Shown here in pieces: positions 13,900 through 27,738 of a stretch of DNA of 64,000 nt. Both the position numbers and the translations under genes were made by a program. The first letter of the stretch is position 1, and the number at the start of each line of letters is the position of its first letter. The notes below the pieces were generated by a model. The model did not search any database. It saw only the letters and a list, made by a program, of their open reading frames with translations, and was not told the DNA's origin. Source of the DNA: Basidiobolus meristosporus CBS 931.73 (Eukaryota > Fungi > Basidiobolomycota); assembly GCA_002104905.1 (NCBI GenBank), contig MCFE01000389.1, forward strand, positions 1-64,000, written 5' to 3'.

Positions 13900-14250
13900 C
13901 AAGAGCTTACCTGAAAATGCAGCAACTTAAACACATGAATGCTTAGGTATATCACTTAGAAACTAATGGAGTCACTGAGCACTTCAATAGATTACTGGGA
14001 GAAGTGCCAACCAAGTAAACAAACAGAGCTGACAGTAGATGGGATGAGTATATAAACCAAGCAAAACCTACCTGCAGAGTAAGAGTTCACAGCACCACCA
14101 AACAATTGCTACATGATATACAGTGTGAATGTAAACAATAAATTTCAGGATATGTTACACAACCTTGCACTATATAAAGTCCAAACACTGTAGTGGCTCA
14201 AAGTGAACTTAGATGCTGCACCTGTGAAAATATTACCTCATATGATTGGC
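13900..14250 (+). mobile_element. Highly decayed gypsy integrase relic
   Basis: Manual translation gives YHLETNGVTEHFNRLL and WDEYINQA...CRVRVHSTTK, resembling YHPETNGLTERFNR and WDEYL...ACR.RVHSTT. Confidence 0.5.
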
Positions 14251-14557
14251 TTGTTTGAAAGCTACACACATTCTAAGTCATCATAATAATCCTGGTAATT
14301 TTGGCCTAGTATACATGGTTATTGAACACTTTTGATCATAACTCCTTAAATACTGCTTCAGCTGGGCTATAACTTGAAACATGTGTAGGCTACTAAGTGC
14401 TCTATATGACTTGATACTTTGGGTGGATTGCTTGTCAAGGTCTTGAGTATTGGGCCTTTACAGTGTGGAAATTATTGATCGTTCATTTTGGTGTCACAAT
14501 AGCATTAGCCAAAAAAAGTAAATGAGTGCAATATTGGTTTTGATATTGTAGTCATGG

Positions 14558-16290
14558 TGTTAAGATCTACTGCTTGAATGTTTAAGCCAGATCAGCTTTT
14601 AGTCAAATCAATTAGTTATATATTTAGCCTACCAATATATCAGTGTTATCTTTCAAATTAGTAGCATTAGTCAGCAAGTGAATCAGCAGATTCTTATCAG
14701 TCAGAAATAGATATTTAATTAGGATCTAATGGGTGAAAATGATGCAATTAAATAAGTCATCAGCCACAATCTACTTTGGAAAATACATTTAGTCAGCAAC
14801 TGATCTGGCAAAATGTATATATGGAGCTGCTGGAACCTCATTAATCAGTTCAAGTTTTAGTGAATACAAAACTAGCTAAACACCCTATATCTCTACAACT
14901 TTGATACCAAGACTTGTAACATTGGTAGCAGCAATAACCAGAAACCTCCTTTGTGAAAGAAGAAGAAGCCTCCCTCTTGATGTCAGAAAATTAAGAATGG
15001 AAGAATCCTACACAGTAAATCCTGTCACAACAGCAACAGTTACTCCTAATACCACTGACTATGACCCTGATATGATTGGAGTAGGGAGGCCCACAATAAA
15101 TAATCAGAGAGGCTACAATCACTATAAAAGAAGACAATCAGAAGTAGCGATAATGGAAATAGACACCATACAGAAGAATTCTATCTCAGAAGAGTGTGAA
15201 AAGTGAGGACTTTACTTTATTTGCCACCAGCAGGGACATATTGCAAAGTACTGTCCTCAAAGAAGAAACAGACACCAGCTATCTTGGACCTTCTGCCATA
15301 TTGAAGCCCTTAAGCATAGTTACATGGAGGATGAGCTTGAAGAAGGCTCAGAACCTACCTCCATTACAACAGAGAGTACCTATCCCAGATAACCTCAAAT
15401 TCAGGAAAGCTATTATACATGTATGGAGTATTAAGTGGAGTACCTGCCAAGATCATGATTGACTTAGGAGCATTGCATGAGTACATGCTGGAGCAATTTG
15501 CTTTGAAAGCTGGAATCAACTCAGAGGCCACCAAATCAACTTCAGTCTTAACAGCTGAAGGGAATTCTCACATAATCAGCTGTTTTTCTCAGCCAGTAAG
15601 GATGAAGATTAATAACTATGAAGAGGACATACAGGCCTATAAATTTGGGTACTGCAAGCTTTACCTTGTACTTGGAAAAACCATGCTATTTTGTTGTAAG
15701 CCATCAATCCACTGGGGAACCTTTACTATTCAGACCCAGAAGGGTGACAAGGCCTATGAGCTACTACCTGCCACACTGAATTTCAACTTGGTCACTTCCA
15801 GTGTGTGTGAAACAAGTGAGCTTAGAAAGACACAGCTCTGTAGGGCACTTAGAATAGGCACCCAGATGTTCCTCATTGTGGTGTTACAGGAAGATTTTTC
15901 TACTCCAGCACCCCAGAAGGTCCTGACTCTTTTAAAGGAATATCCATATGTATTTCCAGATGAACTCATAAGCCTACTGCCAGTCAGGGACATGGATATG
16001 CCATTGACACAGTAGATTGCCCTCCAATGAGTAAGACACCATACAGACTGAGTATACTGGAGCTGGAAGAGACAAAGAGAAAAATAGATCAGTTATTGGT
16101 GCATGGATAAATCAGACCCAGCAAGTCACCTTGGGGAGCACCAGTACTCTTTGTGAAAAGAAAGATGGAACACTCAGGATGTGCATTGACTACAGAGCCC
16201 TGAGCTCAGTTACCATGAAGAATAAGTACCCCATACCTTGGATTGATGAGCTTTTGACCAACTCAATGGAGCCGCTATATTCAGCAAGAT
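14558..16290 (+). mobile_element. Ty3/gypsy family G2, copy b (gag internally deleted, truncated in RT)
   Basis: LTR 14558-14921 homologous to 4770-5137, PBS TGGTAGCAG at 14923. PR and RT fragments 15419-16319 are paralogous to copy a. Confidence 0.88.
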
Positions 16291-18999
16291 TGAAGGCTCT
16301 AAGTCCCTTCTGCATTTAGGAGTATTGGTATATTAAATAATTTTCTAGAATGCTCTCTTCTGTGTTTAATATAAGCTATTCTTGCCTGTTCTTAATTGCT
16401 TCTCTTATCAACAGATGCTGAACATGACTCTGTTTAGCTATTTTATTATTATTGTAATTCTTTGCTGGGAGTATGCTACAATATTGGCTTTTTACTAGCA
16501 ATTAGCTCAGACATTTCTGAAGTAATACTTGGAGGTAACATCTCAAGCCAAGTACTCATACAGAAGCTAAGTATCAGAGTGATTAAAAGATGTTTTACAT
16601 CTGTGGCATTTGCCAATTTACTCTATGTCTGATGCAAAGTGTAAGTTGTTCACAGGTTTCAATGGTGCATCTATATAAACAAAGGATAGTACTTAACAGT
16701 ATTCACTGTTTCATTCAAAAGTTGCAGAAATGCCTGAATGTATAGCAAAAAGACTTAGATTCAGCAATCAATGAAGTGCTGGATTCCTCACTAAGCATTG
16801 TAATGCTAGCACACTGGTACTCATCAGCTCAACCTACCCCAACATCGTTGGCCAGGGTGCCATGCTCCAATTCAAAGCCCAACTGGTTAATAGGCATGGA
16901 TCAAAGCAAGACTACCAGAACTTGCCAAACCACCCAATTAGACTCAGGACCAGTGGAGTGGGTCAAGTTGCTTCTGCACATAGCATCACATTGGACTCTG
17001 CCAATGGCCATGTCAATGCATCATGTTGTCCTTCTTGATGCTGCTACACCTGACCATCAGCAGTAACTTCAGAATTGACCATCAAAAACTCACTGAAAGT
17101 ACTTCTACCACAGGAGCCTTTGGCAAGTACAAGAAAATATTAGTACCTGGTACTTCAGGCTGGTTCCATAAGATCCTTCAGAGCAATTCAGTGTGGCCAA
17201 CCTACAGCACTGCATGCATTAACCTGGAGGCTAAATGCTTACTACAAGTACACAAGTAGCTAAGATGATAGTCAGCAAGGAAGTAGTTGAGAAGTGTAAA
17301 GAGAGTTACTACCAAGTATTTCAGTTGTGATCCCTGTGAGAAAAAAAATAGCAGAAGATGATTCAGACATATTGGCATGCTATTAGTAGTTATGATCCAA
17401 ACAAGATATATTCTCTTGCAATCCAAATCAAACTATTGCACACCAGTTAGCACTAAAATTCTCTTGTAACATCAAAGTTGTCTCACATTTGAGACAGAAC
17501 CCCTACAAACAAGCACTCTAATACTCATACATCATCTGTAAAACCAGTGCTGCCATTTGACCTATTTTACATCTACACTGCTGGTTGTGTGCCAGCTATG
17601 ACACTGTGTCCCAGCGCTGAAATCAGGGATTTACTTGTGGGATAGGTAAGATGGAGTACTCAACAGCAGATCAGGTTGCTTGTATAGTTGTCAATGGGCC
17701 AATTGGGAGACCACAGCTACACAATACTTTGAGACCATCAGCCACCAACCTACCATCCAATTGGTGTGATGATGGCCAAAATAGTAAGTGTCAGCCTTGC
17801 TTATAGTGTGATACACATTAGTACCCATCTACATTGAAGAAACAAATCAAAACTGTATTTTACCTACCATAATGGGGGTACTTAATCTCACACATGATTC
17901 AAGTATTACATGTTGGGGCAATCATCTTTACCAACTTCATTTTGTCTGATTACACCATAGTGTGCATGATAGTCTCACAGAGTGCAAAATTGTCTAAGAA
18001 CAATTCTGCCAACTGGTAGCTACCAAGGTATGACTGGTTGCTCATATGAGCCATGGATTGTGCCACATGCACTGACAGGTCTAATATATGTGGAGCAAAT
18101 AATATCCCAGGTAGTGAACACAGTATCCAGGCTGCAAAGAAAAAATTCAACTAGCTCATTGTTGTAGCTCAGAATTAAGCCATTTTGCAAAGTGAGAGCA
18201 GAGGATTACAGTGCATCCATTGAAGAATAATAACAGTGCCCAAAGATAAAGCCTTCAGAAAAATATATTATAGCACTTGTGGGAAAGACTGTGATATCAA
18301 TACCAATGCGTAAAAATCAATATACATTGAAGCTCTCAGAAGTCATCAAGTGCAATAATGAAGATCAGGCCAATATTCAAGTGATAATACAAACCCTGGC
18401 TTGCCTCCACATTATGGATGGTATCCCATTGGACCATCAGGAACTCAAGGCCAAGCAGAATGAGCTTGATCTGTTCCATCAGCTTTGTCCAAGCAAGCAG
18501 ATCTTGGGCCAGCATTGATGTGCTAAAACAATATCTCAAGAGTATTCAGTACTATCAAAGGCTAGAACAAGTGGGCCATTAGTAAACATTGGTAGCTTCC
18601 TCACAAGATGGTTGTAAGCAGGACTGAAAGCCTAAAACAAGCTGTAATAAAGTGTCAGGTAGCAGGAAGAGCAGCAGTAAGGGACATGCAGGCAGATACA
18701 GATTCCCTGGTACTGCATTTATTAAGTAGAAATTGTAGTATAACACAAGAAGCCATCAATCTAAGTAGCAGTTAAAGGCCTGTTATTTATAAGAGGAAAG
18801 TACAAAATGCCAGTCCCTGTGAAAAATAATTTTGTCCCACTGGTGTATCCATTCTAGATCAACCTTCAGGACCCCATTAAGAGGCCATCTTAATACCAGC
18901 AGCTTCGAATTAGTGACCCTCCTTACAACCTTATGACAGGATCACAATGGTGCTCTGCTATTTTATAAAAAAATAAAGGGATAAAACTTGTCAAGATTT

Positions 19000-21170
19000 A
19001 ATTTGTGCTGTGGCAATAGCTGCATGTTATTATTGCCATATATCAGTGCTCTACAACTATTTTAAGCGGATCCAACCAGTCAGGACATCCATTTGCCTTA
19101 TATGGAAAGAAACTTGGTGTTATTGCAATGGTCTCACAGCAAGACTCTGATGGCATTACATTGACCTTATGACAGCCTACCACTGGTTCTGTATAATGCT
19201 ACCATACCAATTTACTAAATGGTATTTCCTTTTTCTACTTCCCCTTGTGTGATTCCTATATTCCACTGTAGAATTACCCATCTTTATTTGCTCACCCACT
19301 ACTACCCAGGGTTTTCCACATATAGTTTGAATCAAAAAGAACTATTGCCTCCTGCTTATTAGCCTTAACAACACACACACCTGCTGCAATTGACATACTT
19401 CTATCACCTCCACTTTGCAGCTTTTTGGTGTGATACTTGCAAGGTTGCCATATACCTTGTACTAGTGGTAACATATACATCTTGCAAACATATGGTTGTT
19501 AGCTGCCACTTCCGCAATGAATACCTCATGAATATCTGCAAAGAACTTCTTTGCATTTAGCCAGTATATTCCTTCTTGCTGCTTGATTCTAGTCCCCCTC
19601 AAAGCTGCTCTCTGACTTTTGTTTGTGTGAATTCCATATTGAATGATGTAGAAGTTGGCTTGTCACCATGAGAAATCCAGCACACCTTGATAGAGTTTTC
19701 CTAAAAACAATTAGTTCCTTGCTGCACACAACCCAACTTTGCATTAATTACATGATTACCCACACATTGGGGCTTCTTAGCTTGTTAATGCCATTAGCAT
19801 AAATGTCTCCATGTGCACATTTGTCCTCAATACTTTCCAACTTGTCCTGGCTGTCCTCCATGTGCCAACTCATCACATCTACAACAGACTTGAAGGTAAT
19901 ACTCTTGATGAGATTGAAATATGATAGTACCTGCCACTTGACTTGTCTTCCTATCTCCCCATACATCCACTCTATAGGAAATTCCCAAAAGGTGAAGCAA
20001 GGCCCAGTTTTCTCTACACACCAAGCAAGATGGAGTAGAGAATAGACAGTAGCAGCAGAGATCTACACATTCAGCTTTATGTGCGTAGTATAGCCACTCA
20101 AATCCCATTACACACTCCTCACACAACAGCTGTAGATGCGTCAAGTTGGCATTGGTCAACCGCTTCTGGATAAATATTCCTACAATGTTCACAAATGACT
20201 CCCAATGCTTTCAATGTACTCTTGGTAGGAATGGGCTCAGAGCACCACATGAATAAATACATATCCAGTTCATCCAGTGTTTGCATTTGTATTATTGCAT
20301 ATGCATATGACTATTAAGTGGAGCCCATGAGAAGTACCTAGTGTAGCAGATACTCTGTAAGATCTTGCCAATTCTTTCAAATTTTTCCAATATCTTCAAG
20401 GGCTTTTTTAGCTTAAAGTGCCCCATGTACAATTTGGTCATCAGTACAGGGATATTGATGAGAAGCAAATGCTTTGCTCCCAGTGGAAAGCTTTACGCCA
20501 ACAGATACCCTCTATCTTAAGTATCTCAGGTTTCCAATTGATTCCATATTCTGTCCAATGGCTTATAGCTTGCCAATTTTGCTGCAATTGCATGCTGACT
20601 TCTGTTGGTTCTCTCTGTGTAATGATGATGTTCTTAGTGCTGGTGCGTAGGTACTAATAATGTGTGTGAGTTATGGGTAAATACCTTGGATCTCACACAT
20701 TCATCAACAATACTGTCCATTGTGCCTGGAAAAACCTGCTATCTTGCTGATGGCTAGGGTATCTCCAATGCAGATGATAATATGCGCTTTTACATGGCAG
20801 CCATTGACTGTTATCCTGCTGGAATGCATACAGAACTCATCCATCAATGGATACAGGTAGCTATCCAGGTTTGATGGTGATTTACACCCAGATACTGGTG
20901 AGACTACCACCAGATTATTGCTCTGAAACCATAAGATGGGTACCAGATTCAGATTGATGAGAATTAGTGGCCACAGGATTTGCTAGTAGAGTACTTTTTT
21001 AATGAGAATCCATCAAGTGCCAAAGCAAAAGCATGGTCATACATACCTTCAGAGTAGCCCTGGCTTCTTAGCTGTTTACAATGATTGCCTTCAAATATAT
21101 CAGATATGTTTGCGCTTGATTGATACTGATTGTGGTACTACAGCTGCAATATTTGTCAGACTCCATCAGC
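19000..21170 (-). mobile_element. Decayed CACTA/En-Spm transposase copy
   Basis: Reverse complement of 36200-38270. Fragments PSNLDSYLYPLMDE...IGDTLAISKIAGFSRHNG and MYGEIGRQVK. Confidence 0.8.
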
Positions 21171-21839
21171 TTCCTCAGATGGTGTATATCTGTGCCACCA
21201 AAAAAAAGGTAAAGTCATCTGGTTCCCAATAAAACCCCACTGCTGACAGCAACAGAGGAAAGGATGGATAGTAGCTTGCTTTGACATTCAGTGCAACAAG
21301 CAGGGCTACATCCAAAAAAGGCCCTGTGGACAGTGTGCTCATTTCAGGTAATAATGCAGACTCCTCAGGCTCTCAGTCAAGTAGGCAAATGAGAACCTGT
21401 GCTGAGCCTCAAGCTGACCGTTATGCTCAGGCAGACAAGAAGGTAGCAAATGCAGTACCCTCAGGTGAAGACCAGCAGGTGGACATCATAACATCACCAC
21501 CACCAACATTAGCAAGTATGCTGTCAGCTTGTACCAGAGCATCAATGAAGTAATTAGGTGCAGTGGTGGATTGGATAGATGCAATGGCCCAGAGAAATCA
21601 GAAAATAGTCCAGAAACAGGATGAGTGGATAATACATGTAGAGCAATCAATATCCCAGGTAGAGAAAGCAGTATCCTTGCTACAAAGAAGGAACTCAAGT
21701 AGTTCTACAAAAGATTATTGAGATGATCCTGCCAAAAGGCCATCACAAAGTTAAAGTCCCATGACTAAGTGGTTTTAATCCTGTCAGGAAACCATCCAGA
21801 GACTGTTGAAAAATAATTGCACCCCAGATTTCACAATAA

Positions 21840-24800
21840 GCTTGTTCCATCATTCCAGCTGATCATAGTGCCCAATAGTGCCATTGCATACCAGATGGTG
21901 CCTGATCATGCCACAGAGTGCCAGATGGTGCCATACAGTGCCAATTTGGGATCAAAATTGACATGCATATGACCCTAAAATATCAAATTAATAACCAAAT
22001 ATACAGCACTCTGTTGAAATAATTAGGAGTCCACCTAATTATTAATATATTATGAACTAGCACTTAGTGAAATGATATATTTCAGATTATCAACATGAGA
22101 ATTAGTTTGTAAGATATTTACTAATTATTAGGAATTAGAGAAGTACAGAATTTTAGGAAAATCTGAAACTTGTCCAAATGAGCCGAAACTTGGCACATGT
22201 ACTCCTGAGACTCCCCTAATAATGACCAAATAGTTGCATTTACGTAGTTCTGCAATAAGTATAAATACTGTGTTGCAACTCAATAAAACATCAAGTGAAT
22301 ATCATGTAAATCTTCTAATTCTCCAATTCACTTCCAATATATCTCTCTAATATTTCAACAGGCTATGAGCCCCGAGCTTGCTTTATCTTAGTTATCCACT
22401 TTGCTCTAGTGCTGTGTCTTTATTCTGGAGAAAGACTGCCTGGTCTACCTGAAGTTACAAAAGACAGAAAAAGTACTACCGCTGCAAAGAACTGCTAGAT
22501 GGGATATATTGTTTTGGAGAAAGAGGCCTTTGCCCTTTAAGAAGACACTAAGCAAAGAAAAAGGTCATATGTCAAGGAGGTCATGTTGGACAGTTTTCAA
22601 ATTATGAAATCTGCAGAAGGATGAAGCTTTGAGAAAATGCGTAATCCCAGCAAGGAGTCCAGATCAATAAGGGGCATATTACATGATATATGTATTAGTG
22701 CTATGATCCTTATTATCACAACATAAAGGAGCTATGTTGATGATCCACATATACCTGGGTTTGCATTAGACTATTTCAGTCAATGAGGTGCCCACATTGC
22801 TGCAGTGAATTTACATAAGTCTGTAGCCACTTGAAATGAAATGATGCGCAAATACTTTGATGCCACCTGCTGCCCTAGTTTGGAGTTGGATATGCAGACA
22901 AATATATGGATCAGCTTGCCCAAACTCTGAGGATCAAAATGATATATAATACCTATATATTTGGCCGAAGATCAGTGATCTCAGACATGCCAACCTGGGA
23001 GTGGTACGCATGATATATCAATGGTACTATTTCCAGTACCAATGATCCTGAGGCCCTGTGAGACACTTATTAGACGAGCTACATGTCTACATCAAGTATC
23101 AGGAACAGTGGGAGGAGATATATCCATATATGTTGAAGCATGGAATTTCTACCGCCATCAAGAAAAGTGCTACCGGAGACCTTGACCAAAGTATATGCTT
23201 ATAGTCTCTGTATACACTAGAGAATATGCATGAAGTACTATCAAGGAGTGTACTAGTTGCCCTACGCTAGTACATATATCACATACATACAGTGATGAAG
23301 GATCATTTATATTAACATGGATCAGATGTTAATCATGCTATTATGATCAGATCAAGTTACTTGCAGCTCCCAGCTACGGGCCAAACTGCAATGATGATAT
23401 CTGCCACCAAGATGCTGAGAGAAATGGCTTTTTAAGGAAGCTTATTTGATCAAATTTGATCAAGCCTGTGAAAAGTTATGCCAGATCCAAATGGATGACC
23501 GATTTGGTTGAAACATCTCAGAATAGATATGTTTTGAAGACAGGAGGTTCCTGAACACTCTGGGAGATCTAACAAACCGTGGATATGCTACCTGCATGGT
23601 CCAGATCTAGATCAATAAGGAAATTCCAGCAACCAGCATCTTTAAGACCAGATATGGAACAAAAACCTACCGCCAATAAGTTGTCAGTTTCTAAATGGAG
23701 TTAGGTGACACCTAAGCAAGATTTGGACTATCTAGCACACTAGATTTGATCCAGTTATCCTACCACACAAGGATAGTGGAGTATTGTTGCTAAGGAAAGC
23801 AGCAAAGCAGTCCAAGAGAACCTACGTACTCAGAGGCAACATCACAATTACGGTGAGCAATGAAGTCAACTTACTTACAGTTGGAGCTAGAGAAGTGGTA
23901 CCAAGGGCCAACCTAAGGGTTATAATGGGTCCAGAAGATCATGGACTTGTCTATTTGCACTGTCAACCGAGCTCTATGCTGGAAAATTCTACCAGAAGTA
24001 ACAGTGACTTATCAGAGCTGTTATGGTAGATTTACGCAATTAGAAAGTGCCAGATCAGGTTGTACTGTTTAAAGCGCAACAGTACATATGAGACCATATC
24101 TATCCTGTTTAGGATGAAACCTCTATGAATAGCTGCCAATCAGGCTGTGGTATCTTGTGATACCAAATCAAGCCTATCAAGATGTAAAGGGAAGATCTCA
24201 ATACTGTAACTGCAATATCAGTCCAAGAAAGTTATGCCTAGATCAGAAGGATATATATGATCTATCTGAGTCAATTTTAGAAGGCAGGAAGCACCAGAAG
24301 ATGTAGCTTCAGTGGGAGTACAATATCCCAGATCAGGAATGAAGAAAAGCTAAGCTAGATACTATTGAAGGCACTAGTCCGGAAGAGGAAATACTTTGTC
24401 AACCGGTGAAGAATAAGGCCACTACAATGCTGACCAATTGTTGGTCTCAGCAGATCATATATGGAGTATATGAGGAAAATTACTATCCAGATCCAGTTAT
24501 GGATATATGGAGGATAGTCTAAGTGAATTAGACTATAGACCGGAACTGTGGATGATCCAGATCTACTGGAGCAAAGAACACATCCTAACTTCGCCAATTA
24601 TTGACCAATTTTACTCAAATAAGAAACAGCAGATAGCCTGAGAACGCAGCTCTCTGATGATACATACTATGCCAGGATTCAATTAGTATATGAAAAGTTT
24701 TACTCCGATCAAATGGATGATACTCATTCATAGATATTTGTGATGAAATCAGAATTCAGACTCAAAGCAATTTGATCTGAAGTATGTAATTAACAGTATG

Positions 24801-25353
24801 AACTTATACTTAGTTATTACAGATAATATGCAATCCTTAACATATATTGGAGAATACATTAGTCCAATAGGTTAGATGGTTAATTGCAGGTTTAATTTCA
24901 ACCGCAAGATACACAACACCACAGCAAGTTCATAAGTATATGAATATATTATGTGAGTGGGAGTGTTGAAATAATTAGGAGTCCACCTAATTATTAATAT
25001 ATTATGAACTAGCACTTAGTGAAATGATATATTTCAGATTATCAACATGAAAATTAGTTTGTAAGATATTTACTAATTATTAGGAATTAGAGAAGTACAG
25101 AATTTTAGGAAAATCTGAAACTTGTCCAAATGAGCCGAAACTTGGCACATGTACTCCTGAGACTCCCCTAATAATGACCAAATAGTTGCATTTACGTAGT
25201 TCTGCAATAAGTATAAATACTGTGTTGCAACTCAATAAAACATCAAGTGAATATCATGTAAATCTTCTAATTCTCCAATTCACTTCCAATATATCTCTCT
25301 AATATTTCAACACACTCTCTACTACTATGATCAATGGCACAATGGAACAAGTC
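21840..25353. mobile_element. MITE-like insertion (~210 bp of its own sequence) with CTTGTTCCAT/ATGGAACAAG termini, interrupted by the young LTR element
   Basis: Absent from the paralogous arm at ~26910-26960. Termini match the foldback family TIR. Eight 10-bp units at ~21863-21943. Confidence 0.6.
22012..25312 (+). mobile_element. Young non-autonomous copia-derived LTR retrotransposon (3301 bp, TRIM/LARD-like)
   Basis: LTRs 22012-22360 and 24964-25312 (349 bp, one mismatch, TGTTGAAA...TTTCAACA); TSD CACTC on both sides; PBS GGCTATGAGCCC at 22361; PPT GAGTGGGAG just before LTR2. No recognisable gag/pol ORF inside. Confidence 0.93.
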
Positions 25354-27738
25354 TAATACCTTAATCTAAATTTTCATCACAACAATGTTGAAGTGGCTTT
25401 TGATTGGTTCCCGGCCAATTTGCTCACTTTCTGATTGCTGATACTCTATTGCCTCCTACATTTGTGTGCATTGATTAGCTTTTGCCTCTTTTTCACACTC
25501 CTTACTTCCTGACTCAACTGTTTCTCTTATTTTTCATGTGTGCAAACAGATTTATTTCTGTTGAAACTTCAGTTGTACCTCAACTGCCAGCTGTAGTGAC
25601 CTATACAAGTCCCTATGCACTACATTATTACTAAGCCCAACCTCACACTCAACAAATTACTTCATTAAAAGCAACCACTCAATAAGTATTTTGCTGTAGG
25701 GCTCTGGTTCCACAACTTTGGTGGGAGCCCAAGGGCTTTATGCCACTGTTCATTCACTGGTTCCTGCATGTCCTGGTCTTCAGCCAGTACTGCAAGGTTT
25801 AGCACCTCATCTGCTAGTGTTTACAATAAATCCTTGCAATATTTCAGTGTGCTTTCTTGAGCACTGCTCTTGAAGAAGTGCTGCAACCTCTTGGTGTGCC
25901 TATTAATGTTCCAAAATTTCACTGAAGGCATTGTGGTAGTCTTTTGAGCACATGACATTGTAGCCTTGTCTGTCAGTGGGATATCCACTCTGTCAACAAT
26001 GGAGGATGTGGAGGCTGTGGTATACAAATTGCCATTTTCAGCATACTCATCTACCTTGCTGGAGTTTAGCTCAACTGGCTGGGCTTCCAACTCTTATGAA
26101 AGCAGCTTATTCAGTCAGGTCTGGGCTTGCGGCATTAATTTGTTAGAACTGCAGTTCTTTTGCATGCCTCCCTGTCTCAGGCTAGGTAGAGATTTTTCAC
26201 AAGAGTTGGAAGCACAGCCAGTTGAGCTACACTCCAGCAAGGTAGATGAGTTCACTGAAAAAGGCAATTTGTATACCACAGCCTCTACATCCTCCATTGT
26301 TGACAGAGTGGATATCCCACTGACAGACAAGGCTACAATGTCATGTGCTCAAAAGACTACCACAATGCCTTCAGTGAAATTTTGGAACATTAATAGGCAC
26401 ACCAAAAGGTTGCAGCACTTCTTCAAGAGCAGTGCTCAAGAAAGCACACTGAAATATTGCAAGGATTTATTGTAAACACTAGCAGATGAGGTGCTAAACC
26501 TTGCAGTACTGGCTGAAGACCAGGACATGTGGGAACCAGTGAATGAGCAGTAGCATAGAGCCATTAGACTTCTGCAAAGGTTACAGAACCAGTGCATAGA
26601 GCAGAAATACTTATTGAGTGATGGACTTTAATAGAGTTCCTTGTTTAGTGTGGGGTTGGGCTTAATGTAAGTGTAATGTATAGGGACTTATATAGGTCAC
26701 CACAATGGGCAATTGAGGTACAACTGAAGCTTCAATGGAAATAAATCAATTTGTACAGATGAAAACTAAGAGAAACAGTTGAGTCAGGAAGTAAGGAGTG
26801 TGTAAAAGAGGCAATAGCCAATCAATGCACACAAATGTTGGATCCAATAGAGCATCTGGGTTCAGAAAGTGAGCAAGTTGGCTGGGAACCAATCAAAAGC
26901 CACTTGTACATTGTTGTGACAAATATCTTGACCAAGTTATTGTGAAATCTGGGGTGCAACTATTTTTTAACAGTCTCTAGATGGTGTCCTCATGGGATCA
27001 ATACCTCTTAGTCACAGGACTTTAACTTTGTGATGGGTTTTTGACAGGATCATCTCAATAATTTTTCATAGGGTTATGTGGGCCTTGTCTCTGGATATTA
27101 TTTCCATACTTCAGAGACTGTATGGTGTTCTTCTACTTTTACATCAGGAAATGGCTTAACCCTTGATTATGAAATTAAGCTTCTTTAGCTCCTACCTTGC
27201 ACAAAAGATACTGCATTCTCAGCATGGGATGTTGACTACTCTGCATGCATTATCCACTCATCCTATCTCTAGAATATTCCCTGATTTCTCCAGGCCATTG
27301 TATCTATAGCATCAGCCACTCTACCTAATTACCTCATTAATACTCTGGTATGAGCTGACAGATACTTGCAAGTACTGGTGGTGGTGATATTGGAATGATC
27401 ATTTGTTGAATCTCTACTGGAGGTAATGCATTTAATACATCCTCATCAGACTGAGCATGATTGGCAGTTTGCAGCTCTGCAAAGGTTAATTCACTACTAG
27501 TGTGAGAGCCCAAGGAGTCAGTTTCATTACCTTCTATGGGCATAATGTCAACATTGTTCTTTTGGATGTAGTCTTGCTTGTTGTACAAAATGCCATGCAA
27601 ATTGCTACCTAACTATACTTCTGCAGAGTTGTGTGGAGGGCTCAGTTGGGAACTAAATACCTTGATTTTATTTTTTGTGGGGACATAAATGAAAGTGAAT
27701 CAAGCCAATAGGGATATTGTGCTCTATATACATATGTA

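Larger units (their letters stand above)
21190..27738. repeat. Head-to-head inverted duplication of CACTA-family sequence centred at ~26148
   Basis: Inner arms 25767-26101 and 26195-26529 (~9 mismatches in 335 bp) flank a 93-bp spacer. Outer arms remain alignable at ~80-85% by eye. The ORF track shows the same peptide (SSIVDRVDIP...KYCKDLL) on both strands. Confidence 0.88.
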
